The translations under genes were made by a program, and so were the position numbers. The notes under the pieces are model-generated. The model ran no database searches. It was not told where the DNA came from and worked only from the letters and a program-made list of their open reading frames with translations. This document shows, piece by piece, positions 1-9,300 of a stretch of 24,000 nt of DNA (its first letter is position 1; every line of letters begins with the position of its first letter). Origin of the DNA: an uncultured Verrucomicrobiae bacterium (GTDB taxonomy: Bacteria > Verrucomicrobiota > Verrucomicrobiia > Palsa-1439); the NCBI GenBank assembly GCA_963766065.1, contig CAVYAC010000061.1, positions 74,090 through 98,089 on the forward strand, read 5' to 3'.

Positions 1-103
1 ATGCCCGACATAGCGCGCGGGTTTCAAGCCCATGCCGCCATAGCGTCCGCCGAACTTTTCGCTCGGCAACGCTGGAGCCGTCAGGCATCCTTCGCGCCAG
101 CAC

Positions 104-493
104 ATGAAATCCAGCCGACTCGAAGCGTTCAGCGATGGCGTGATCGCGATCATCATCACCATCATGGTGCTGGAGTTGAAAGTCCCGCACGCCACCGCAC
201 TTGCCGACCTGAAACCGTTGTTGCCGGTGTTCCTGAGTTACGTGTTGAGCTTCCTCTACGTCGGCATCTACTGGAACAACCACCACCACCTGCTCCATTC
301 CACCAAGCACGTCACCGGCGGCATCCTCTGGGCCAACCTCCACCTGCTGTTCTGGCTGTCGCTCTTTCCGTTCACCACCGCCTGGATGGGTGAGAACCAT
401 CTCGCCCCCACACCCGCCGCCGTCTACGTCTTCGTCGCCCTCCTCTGGCTCATCCCCGACCGCCGCATCGAACGCGTGCTGGTGGACCAATAG
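104..493 (+). CDS. TMEM175/DUF1211-like small integral membrane protein, apparently short form
   Basis: ATG at 104; N-terminus MKSSRLEAFSDGVIAIIITIMVLELKVP carries the RxxxFSDG motif of bacterial TMEM175-like channels; hydrophobic segments follow; ends LLWLIPDRRIERVL. Confidence 0.8.
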   Translation: MKSSRLEAFSDGVIAIIITIMVLELKVPHATALADLKPLLPVFLSYVLSFLYVGIYWNNHHHLLHSTKHVTGGILWANLHLLFWLSLFPFTTAWMGENHLAPTPAAVYVFVALLWLIPDRRIERVLVDQ

Positions 494-578
494 TGCTATC
501 GCTCAGCGCTGAATAGATGCGACTTCCGCGCTTTTGGTTTGTTTCGTGCGGCAACGAGCGGTACGTTTTGCGACTACC

Positions 579-1109
579 ATGAAGACTTCCGGTGAACTCG
601 AACACGCAGCCGCTCAACATGTCGCCGCTCTGATGGCGGCGTCCGCGCGCACGGCCCCCAAAACACGCGGCATTGACAACATCAAGATCATCGCGATCGA
701 CGACGAGCCAACCCGGCGAAAGCTCGTCTCCACAATGCGTGAGATCGCCCAGAAGGAAGACCGTCCCAGCATCGCCCGCGACGCCGGCAACATCGAAAAT
801 TCCCCCGCCGTCGTCGTCATCGGCGTTGAATCCAACACCGCCGGTTTGAACTGCGGGTTCTGCGGCCACCTATCGTGCGAGGCGCTCGAAAAAACCAGGG
901 GCGTTTGCGCGTTCAACTCAATCGACCTCGGCATTGCCACCGCGTCCGCGGCGGAAATCGCCGGCCGGTTACATTTCGACAACCGTGTGATGTTCTCCAT
1001 CGGCCGCGCCTGCCTCGATTTGAAACTGTTCGGACCCAAGGTCAACCAGGCGCTTGGGATTCCGTTGAGCGTCACGGGCAAAAATCCGTTCTTCGACCGT
1101 CAACCGTGA
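579..1109 (+). CDS. DUF2148 ferredoxin-like domain protein
   Basis: ATG at 579 inside ORF 534..1109; Cys-rich core NTAGLNCGFCGHLSCEALEKTRGVCAFNSIDLGIA and C-terminal LDLKLFGPKVNQALGIPLSVTGKNPFFDR resemble the DUF2148 family. Confidence 0.75.
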   Translation: MKTSGELEHAAAQHVAALMAASARTAPKTRGIDNIKIIAIDDEPTRRKLVSTMREIAQKEDRPSIARDAGNIENSPAVVVIGVESNTAGLNCGFCGHLSCEALEKTRGVCAFNSIDLGIATASAAEIAGRLHFDNRVMFSIGRACLDLKLFGPKVNQALGIPLSVTGKNPFFDRQP

Positions 1110-1110
1110 T

Positions 1111-1842
1111 ATGCCCCATCGACTGCTCACTCTTGACGAGGTCGCCGATTATCTGCACCTCACATCCGCTGACATCGAGCAGCGGGTGAAAGACCGCGAG
1201 ATCCCCTTCGAAAAGCGCGGCGAACGGGTCGTCTTTCGCAAACGCGAAATTGACCAGTGGGCCTCGCAGCGGATCCTCGGATTTACTCCCCAGCGGCTGG
1301 CGGCTTACCATCACAAATCCACGCACCAAATACGAAATGTTCTCTCCCAGGCCGCCATTCTGCCGGACATGCTCGCCGCTGGTGCCATCGCCTCGGCCAT
1401 GTCGTCGAAGACCAAAGCGTCCATCCTGCGTGATTTGGTCGCCCTCGCGGAGAAAACCGGCCACCTGAACGATCCCCAAGCGCTGCTGGCGAGCCTGGAG
1501 GCGCGCGAGGAGTTATGCTCCACGGCCATGCCGGGCGGCTTCGCGCTGCCGCACCCGCGCTTCCATGAAGCTTACCTGTTTGAGACCTCATTTCTTGTCG
1601 TCGGACGGCCGATTCAGGAAATCCATTTCGGCGCGCCCGACGGTGAACCAACGCGTCTGTTCTTCCTGGTTTGCTGCCAGGATGACCGGCTGCACTTGCA
1701 TACACTGGCCCGGCTCTGCCTTATCGCGCAGAAATCTAAAATCATCGACCAACTCCTCGCCGCGCCCGATCCCCAAACCATCCGCGACTCCCTCATCGCC
1801 GTCGAAGAACAACTCCTCGCCGACCCAAAAACCGGCCCATAG
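1111..1842 (+). CDS. Helix-turn-helix (excisionase/MerR-like) domain fused to a PTS EIIA (fructose/mannitol-type) domain
   Basis: N-terminal LLTLDEVADYLHLTSADIEQRVKDREIPFEKRGERVVFRKREIDQW is a typical excisionase-type HTH; C-terminal GGFALPHPR and FLVCCQDDRLHLHTLARLCLIAQ match type-2 EIIA active-site regions. ATG starts 1 nt after the previous stop. Confidence 0.8.
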   Translation: MPHRLLTLDEVADYLHLTSADIEQRVKDREIPFEKRGERVVFRKREIDQWASQRILGFTPQRLAAYHHKSTHQIRNVLSQAAILPDMLAAGAIASAMSSKTKASILRDLVALAEKTGHLNDPQALLASLEAREELCSTAMPGGFALPHPRFHEAYLFETSFLVVGRPIQEIHFGAPDGEPTRLFFLVCCQDDRLHLHTLARLCLIAQKSKIIDQLLAAPDPQTIRDSLIAVEEQLLADPKTGP

Positions 1843-1866
1843 CGGCTCCATCACGATTTTTCGCCG

Positions 1867-3453
1867 TTGACAGTTGGGCGTTGGGAAAGAGTATTCTGTC
1901 CAGTGGTGAACTCCCGTCACGACAGAATCCTCTTCTGGGGCTGTTTCATCGCTCTCATCACCACAAGTTACGCGTTCATCAGCCGCATGATTTTGTGCGG
2001 CGGCCAGTTCGTCACCGACTTCGGCCTCGACAAGGTGGCCGTCGGCGAACTCCAGGGCGCGGGCATCTGGCCGTTCGGCGTCAGCATCATTCTCTTCAGT
2101 CTGTTCATCGACCGCGTCGGCTACAAGGTCGCGATGATCTTCTCGTTCGTCAGTTATCTCGCCTATGCGGCGCTGGCAATGATGGCGTACAGTTCGATTC
2201 ACGGCTTGACCGGCGACGCGCTGGTTGCCGCGCAGAAACACGGCTATCAACTGCTCTATTGGGGCAGCATCATTCTTGGCTTGGGCAATGGCAGCGTCGA
2301 GTCCTACATCAACCCGATCGTGGCCACGATGTTCAACACGGACAAAACCAAATGGCTTAATCGCCTCCATGCCGGCTGGCCGGGCGGACTGGTTCTCGGT
2401 GGACTGTGCACGATTGCCCTGGCCAATAATCCGGACTGGCGCATCACGCTGGGGCTGATTCTGATTCCCGCGTTCATTTTCTTTTTCATTCTCGTCAGTT
2501 TGAAATTCCCCAAAAGCGAGCGTGAGCAGGCCGGCGTCAGTTATCGGGACATGCTCCGGGAACTCGGCGTGTTTGGCGCGCTCGTCGGGTTTGGACTGGT
2601 GTTCGCCCAACTCGGTCAGGTTTTCGGCTGGAGCAGCAGTGTGGTTTGGGGCCTCACTGGTGCGGTCGTCGCCATCTTCGCCGTCGTGACCAAATCCTTT
2701 GGTCGGCTCATTCTCGCCTTTCTGATCGTCATCATGATGCCGCAGGCGACGACCGAACTGGGCACGGACGGCTGGATCACCTCGCTGATGCAAACCCCCA
2801 TGCAGGCCGCCGGACACAATCCCGCCTGGGTGCTGGTTTACACGTCCGCGATCATGACGGTTCTGCGCTTTTCCGCCGGGCCGCTGATCCACAAACTTTC
2901 CCCGCTCGGACTGCTGGCGACCTGCTCGGCGCTCGCTGCGATCGGACTCGCCGCGCTTTCCCACACCAGCGGCGCGGGCATCCTCGCCATTTTTGCCGCC
3001 GCGACACTCTACGGTGTCGGCAAAACCTTCTTCTGGCCGACCATCCTCGGCCTCACCTCGGAACAATGCCCCAAAGGCGGCGCGCTCACCCTGAACGCGA
3101 TGGGCGGCATCGGCATGCTGGCCGTGGGCATTCTCGGCGCGCCGTTCATCGGCTACTTGCAGGAATCCTCCGCCACGAAACAACTGTCATCTAGCCCCGC
3201 GCTCTATCAAACGGTGACCATCGAGAAAACCTATTTGCTTGGCGCCTACAAAGCCATCGACCCCGTAAAAGCGGCTGCCGTCACCGACAACAGTTCCAGG
3301 GAACAAATCAAATCCGCCACAACAACCGGCCAGTTCAGCGCCCTCGGCAAAATGGCCCTTTTCCCCCTCTTCATGCTGGCCTGTTACCTCGCCCTGATCG
3401 CCTACTTCAAATCCCGCGGCGGCTACCGCCCCGTCCGCCTCGATTCAAAATAG
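1867..3453 (+). CDS. Major facilitator superfamily transporter
   Basis: 528 aa ORF with about 12 hydrophobic segments, MFS-like loops (FIDRVGYK) and WGSIILGLGNGSVESYINPIVATMF. The listed start is TTG; a GTG at 1906 is a plausible alternative. Confidence 0.8.
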   Translation: MTVGRWERVFCPVVNSRHDRILFWGCFIALITTSYAFISRMILCGGQFVTDFGLDKVAVGELQGAGIWPFGVSIILFSLFIDRVGYKVAMIFSFVSYLAYAALAMMAYSSIHGLTGDALVAAQKHGYQLLYWGSIILGLGNGSVESYINPIVATMFNTDKTKWLNRLHAGWPGGLVLGGLCTIALANNPDWRITLGLILIPAFIFFFILVSLKFPKSEREQAGVSYRDMLRELGVFGALVGFGLVFAQLGQVFGWSSSVVWGLTGAVVAIFAVVTKSFGRLILAFLIVIMMPQATTELGTDGWITSLMQTPMQAAGHNPAWVLVYTSAIMTVLRFSAGPLIHKLSPLGLLATCSALAAIGLAALSHTSGAGILAIFAAATLYGVGKTFFWPTILGLTSEQCPKGGALTLNAMGGIGMLAVGILGAPFIGYLQESSATKQLSSSPALYQTVTIEKTYLLGAYKAIDPVKAAAVTDNSSREQIKSATTTGQFSALGKMALFPLFMLACYLALIAYFKSRGGYRPVRLDSK

Positions 3454-3693
3454 CTCCAGCGAGATCCCCGATGGCGCAGCTTCAGGTGCGTTTGTGGCAT
3501 GCATTGGCTGGCCGACGCATCAAACGTGCCCTCGTAAGTTGGGAGCGAGTGTGAGCTAGGGCAACTCAGTTAAATAGCCGAGTTTCACGTTAGCAATTGA
3601 GCGAGGTCCAGGCCCACTCGATTGAAAATTTGTTTCTCGAAAACGGCGAATGGAACTGACACAATCCTCGTACATACCACGTGTGCAACATCT

Positions 3694-4869
3694 ATGAGCG
3701 CAGACCAATATAGATACCCACGACGCCCACTGACAGCTGCCCAAAAGAAACGACTCATCGACGAGATGGGCAACAAATGTGCCATTTGCGGAGCCACAGG
3801 CGTTCCCTTAGAGTTCGATTATATTATCCCACTTCACCTCGGAGGATCACCCGAAACTTCTAACATCCGATTGCTATGCCCAAACTGTCATGCGTTTGGA
3901 GCCCAGTCGCCCCTCGAATCTGAATTTGTCCAGTATTTGGGATTGCTCTTATCGAACCACCCCCAATTCGAGTTGGTCCAAGTGGAGCCCATCTTGGGAA
4001 AGGACACAAAGTGGCGCCCGGATTTATTCGTCAAACGACTTGTCGGAAACAAACCGAAGTCTGTCCTGATAGAATGCAAATCCAAATCTGCATTTTCCCC
4101 CGGTGATTTGCGGAGAACCGCCGAGCAAGTGTTGATCTATCGACATGCGTTGAATCCGGATGTAGTTGTTCTCGCTTTCCCCGGAAGACTATTGGCCCAA
4201 GATGCGCAACTACTAGCAGAAAGAGGTATTGAGGTATGGGATATAGATTATATCTCAAGAACTTTTGCTGCCCAGATTGATAAAACCAAGCACCCATACT
4301 TCCAGCGATTGTTTCAGGCGGTACTGCCAAGCGCATCGCCTCAACCTGAGAAGTTGTTGATTACGCAGCTACAAAACTGCAAGCCAGGTCGCGACCAGTG
4401 GCCAGTATATCAGAAATTTGTCGGTAAAGTCATAGAGCAGTTGTTTTGTCCACCTTTATCGATGCCGATTTCTCAATCCGAAGATTTGTCCGGCGTGAAT
4501 CGGCGAGACTTTATTGTTCCGAACTATGCTGACAGCGGCTTCTGGCGGTTCGTCAGGGAAACGTATAGCGCGGATTACGTCGTGGTAGATGCGAAGAACT
4601 CCGCAGAGCCAGCCCAAAAGGATGACGCGTTGCAGTTGGCGAATTATCTAAAACCTCATGGGGCAGGTTTATTCGGCTTAATAGTTTGCCGGAAAGGTGC
4701 AGACGAAGGGTGTCTTCATACGCTTCGTGAACATTGGGTTGCTTACAGAAAGCTCATCGTTGTCCTTGATGATCACGACATCGAGAATATGCTTCTCTCA
4801 CGCTCTGCGGGTGGTAAACCCGAAGATCTAGTTGGCGAGAAGATCCAAGGGTTTCGGCTGTCTATGTAG
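3694..4869 (+). CDS. HNH-like domain followed by two PD-(D/E)XK-like nuclease segments (putative restriction or defence nuclease)
   Basis: ATG at 3694 in ORF 3622..4869. N-terminus CAICGATGVPLEFDYIIPLHLGGSPETSNIRLLCPNCH is HNH-type; middle RPDLFVKR...KSVLIECKSKSAF...TAEQVLIYRHALNPDVVVLAFPG is PD...ExK-like; C-terminus RRDFIVPNYADSGFWRF...DYVVVDAKN...QLANYLKPHGAGLFGLIVCRKG is a second D...DxK-like segment. Confidence 0.75.
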   Translation: MSADQYRYPRRPLTAAQKKRLIDEMGNKCAICGATGVPLEFDYIIPLHLGGSPETSNIRLLCPNCHAFGAQSPLESEFVQYLGLLLSNHPQFELVQVEPILGKDTKWRPDLFVKRLVGNKPKSVLIECKSKSAFSPGDLRRTAEQVLIYRHALNPDVVVLAFPGRLLAQDAQLLAERGIEVWDIDYISRTFAAQIDKTKHPYFQRLFQAVLPSASPQPEKLLITQLQNCKPGRDQWPVYQKFVGKVIEQLFCPPLSMPISQSEDLSGVNRRDFIVPNYADSGFWRFVRETYSADYVVVDAKNSAEPAQKDDALQLANYLKPHGAGLFGLIVCRKGADEGCLHTLREHWVAYRKLIVVLDDHDIENMLLSRSAGGKPEDLVGEKIQGFRLSM

Positions 4870-4977
4870 TCTGAATTACGCCGTACTGCAAGCCTCCGCC
4901 TCAGCAATCCTATGCTCGCAGGGATATTTCGGAACGCACTAGTGATTTTCATCCGAGGAGCATGCGGGCCGCTCACG

Positions 4978-6105
4978 CTACGGAAGCGGGCGAGCGTGCA
5001 CGGGAAGATCAATCCGTTTCCCGGTCGCGGCGGACTCGCGCGCGGCATCGAGAATCTCCTGCGCGGTCATGTTCACGTCCAACGACGAAAGGTCGCCGGT
5101 GGGTTGTATCTCCCCGCGCACAACTGCTACCAGATAGGAAATCGGGTCGGCCTCCTGGCCGGTCAACGGCGGGATGGTCGTCTGGGTTTCATCTTCGAGA
5201 TGGTCGCCCTTTAGCACACGCAACAAATCCCTCCGCGGCACCAGCACGTAACCGGTCTGACCGTAAATTTCCATGTCCTTTCGGTTGTACGGCCAGTTCC
5301 AGGACGCCTGGATGATTCCCTGGGCTTTGGGATACGTCACCACAATCGTCGCTTCATCGTCCACTTTCGGATAGACATTGGGCTTGATGTGTTGGGTCAC
5401 CGCGAACACCGACGTCGGCCGCTCGCCGTGCATGAGCCAGGTGATCAGGTCGGCACCGTAACAACCAAAATCCGTCAGCGCCCCGCCGCCATCCAGCACC
5501 GGGTCCGTGAGCCACTTCAAGAACTCCGGCGGACAGCCAATTTCTTTTGGCCCTTGATGTCCGTCATGAACCACGAACTTGCGTAGGTCCCCGATCGCAT
5601 GCTCGCCGCAGACCAATTTGTACGCCGCGTGGTTGGCGGGATACCAGGTCGTCTCGTAATTGACAAGCAGATGAATGCCGCCCTTTTTGGCGGCGGCAGC
5701 CATCGCGCGGGCGTGCTCCATGTTCACCGCCAACGGCTTTTCCATCATCACATGTATGCCGCGCGACGCGCACGCTTCCACGACGCGCGCGTGATCGAAC
5801 GTGCTCGTAAACAGCGCTACCGCCTGCACGTTGGTCTTGGCCAGCAAATCCTCCAGGCTGCTGAAGAACAGATTCGTGTTGAGTTGCCAGCGCTGGACAG
5901 CCTGCGCCACCAGCGCCTGATCCGGCTCCACGACGCCGACCACCTGCACGTCCCGATTCGTGATCGCCTGCGGCAGGAAACCCCGCACATGGGTGTGGAC
6001 GAGCCCAATAATCGCAATACGCACCGGTGGTTTGTTGCTCTCCTCAGAAAACGCCGGCAGTGCGCTTAAGCCGAGTAAATAAAGAGCGAGAAGCAAGTTC
6101 TTCAT
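4978..6105 (-). CDS. Gfo/Idh/MocA-family oxidoreductase with N-terminal signal sequence
   Basis: MKNLLLALYLLGLSALPAFSEES signal-like start; VRIAIIGLVHTHVRG nucleotide-binding region; GIHVMMEKPLAVNMEHARAM and GGGALTDFGCYGADLITWLM motifs. ATG at 6105 immediately follows the thiC stop. Confidence 0.85.
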   Translation of the reverse strand: MKNLLLALYLLGLSALPAFSEESNKPPVRIAIIGLVHTHVRGFLPQAITNRDVQVVGVVEPDQALVAQAVQRWQLNTNLFFSSLEDLLAKTNVQAVALFTSTFDHARVVEACASRGIHVMMEKPLAVNMEHARAMAAAAKKGGIHLLVNYETTWYPANHAAYKLVCGEHAIGDLRKFVVHDGHQGPKEIGCPPEFLKWLTDPVLDGGGALTDFGCYGADLITWLMHGERPTSVFAVTQHIKPNVYPKVDDEATIVVTYPKAQGIIQASWNWPYNRKDMEIYGQTGYVLVPRRDLLRVLKGDHLEDETQTTIPPLTGQEADPISYLVAVVRGEIQPTGDLSSLDVNMTAQEILDAARESAATGKRIDLPVHARPLP

Positions 6106-6106
6106 G

Positions 6107-7909
<1,803 letters not shown>

Positions 7910-7916
7910 CTAAAAC

Positions 7917-7946
7917 AAAAAACCGACCCTGAAATCCAGGCGTCGG
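7917..7946 (-). terminator. Predicted intrinsic terminator in the thiC leader (riboswitch expression platform)
   Basis: Minus strand CCGAC-G-CCTG GATTT CAGG GTCGG TTTTTT: 9 bp stem with one bulged G followed by six T, between the aptamer and the thiC start. Confidence 0.8.
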
Positions 7947-7954
7947 CTTCGCTA

Positions 7955-8045
7955 CGTGTTTCCCTACGCCAGCATTACCTGGATCAGGTTCAGTGGGTCT
8001 CCCGCCTCGTGCGGAATCTCAGCCTCGAAAGGCTCCCCAAACGAA
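7955..8045 (-). promoter_or_regulatory. TPP riboswitch (THI element) aptamer
   Basis: Minus strand GTTTGGGGAGCCTTTCGAGGCTGAGATTCCGCACGAGGCGGGAGACCCACTGAACCTGATCCAGGTAATGCTGGCGTAGGGAAAC contains CTGAGA, ACCC, GAACCTGATC and GCGTAGGGA consensus elements, upstream of thiC. Confidence 0.95.
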
Positions 8046-8061
8046 TCTGCCTATGAAATTG

Positions 8062-8379
8062 TCAATTGAACGAACGTCCGCACCCACAGCTCGAATGCGC
8101 ATTGGGATTCTTGATGCGGAACCCCGAACCCTGCAAGCTGTCCTGATAGTCGATCTCGCTGCCCTTCAGGAAATTCATGCTCATCGGATCGACAACCACC
8201 TCGACGCCATCCTGCGCAATCACCTCGTCATCGGGCTTCTTGTCATCGAACGCCATGCCGTATTCCATGCCCGAACAGCCCCCGGTCTCAATATACACGC
8301 GCAACGGTTTCGCCTGCGCGCCCGGATTGGCGAGCAGTGTCTTGATATGCTTCGTTGCGTTTTCCGTGAGTGTAATCAT
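8062..8379 (-). CDS. IscA/ErpA/HesB-type iron-sulfur cluster assembly protein
   Basis: MITLTENATKHIKTLL...GGCSGMEYGMAFDD...SSCGCGRSF, with the conserved Cys and Cys-x-Cys pattern of A-type carriers. ATG at 8379 preferred over the ORF start at 8439. Confidence 0.92.
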   Translation of the reverse strand: MITLTENATKHIKTLLANPGAQAKPLRVYIETGGCSGMEYGMAFDDKKPDDEVIAQDGVEVVVDPMSMNFLKGSEIDYQDSLQGSGFRIKNPNAHSSCGCGRSFN

Positions 8380-8445
8380 GTCGTCACCACCAAACTGCAC
8401 CTCAACTCTACCAAGCCCGCGCCACGCTGTCAAACCCACCTCCGC

Positions 8446-9300
8446 TCATTCGATCACCACCCCGCCATACCCCACCACGCGCGAGAAATCGCCATTCACG
8501 TCGCCGCTGGTGCGGTATTCGAGAACTTCGGCGTGCCTGGCCCCAAGTCCCAAGGCCGCCGTCAGCACGATATACGTGGGCGCAACTCCACACATGGAAA
8601 CCTCGGCATTGATGACCTGGTCCATCAGCGCGTCAGCGTCCAACTTCACAATCGCGTCCAACACGAGTTTGTCCTTTCCGTGAGATGTTTCCTGATCTTC
8701 ATAGTGGTTGAGGTCCGTGAACGCGATGAGCAACACGGGCTTGCCATATTCGTGCACGCATTGCGCCAGAGCACCGCCGATCTCTTTAAGTTCGCGACGC
8801 CCGCCGCTTTCGGGCCAGTGGCCACCGATCAGAAGCGGGACAACGTGAACGTTCGGATTCGCCCGCAAGAGCATTGGCATCTGGACTTCCAACGAATGTT
8901 CCTGTGTGTGGGCCCGGGGATCCTCAGCCAGCAATTCGCAATGGTCGAGAAGCTCCAACGCCAACGGCTCGGCCACCGGCACATTCCCCACGGGTGTATG
9001 CCAGGCGCCCGAACTATACACGGCGTAGCGGCTGCCGGCATTGCGATGATTGGGGCCGACCAGTATCACTTGGTCGGGAATTTCCACGCTGGAATAAACA
9101 AGCCCTGCTGTGTGGCCGGAATACATCCAGCCCGCGTGTGGACAAACCACCGCGATGGCTTTGCGCCTGGGGATGGCGGAGGGAATCAACGCGTCGAGCG
9201 TCGTACCGATCTCCGACGCTTCCGCCGGGTAGAACTCCCCGGCCACTGCTGGTTGACGAATCACGGTATTCCCTTTCCGGCCACCCGTCGCTTCATCCAT
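8446..9300 (-). CDS. AmmeMemoRadiSam system protein B / MEMO1-family protein
   Basis: VIRQPAVAGEFYPAEASEIGTTLD, CPHAGWMYSGHTAGLVY, LVGPNHRNAG, EHSLEVQMPML are MEMO family signatures. A GTG at 9264 preceded by GGAAAGG is a likely alternative start. Confidence 0.88.
   Translation of the reverse strand: MDEATGGRKGNTVIRQPAVAGEFYPAEASEIGTTLDALIPSAIPRRKAIAVVCPHAGWMYSGHTAGLVYSSVEIPDQVILVGPNHRNAGSRYAVYSSGAWHTPVGNVPVAEPLALELLDHCELLAEDPRAHTQEHSLEVQMPMLLRANPNVHVVPLLIGGHWPESGGRRELKEIGGALAQCVHEYGKPVLLIAFTDLNHYEDQETSHGKDKLVLDAIVKLDADALMDQVINAEVSMCGVAPTYIVLTAALGLGARHAEVLEYRTSGDVNGDFSRVVGYGGVVIE

Noticed and set aside
1588-3183. 531 aa minus-strand ORF opposite the MFS transporter
   Set aside because: Sequence is rich in R/H/D/E with no recognisable fold, and the opposite strand encodes a clear multi-TM MFS protein; a GC-rich antisense shadow ORF.
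3454-3693. Possible mobile-element boundary before the HNH/PD-(D/E)XK gene
   Set aside because: I looked for inverted or direct repeats between this spacer and 4870..4977 and saw no convincing pair; no transposase or integrase nearby.
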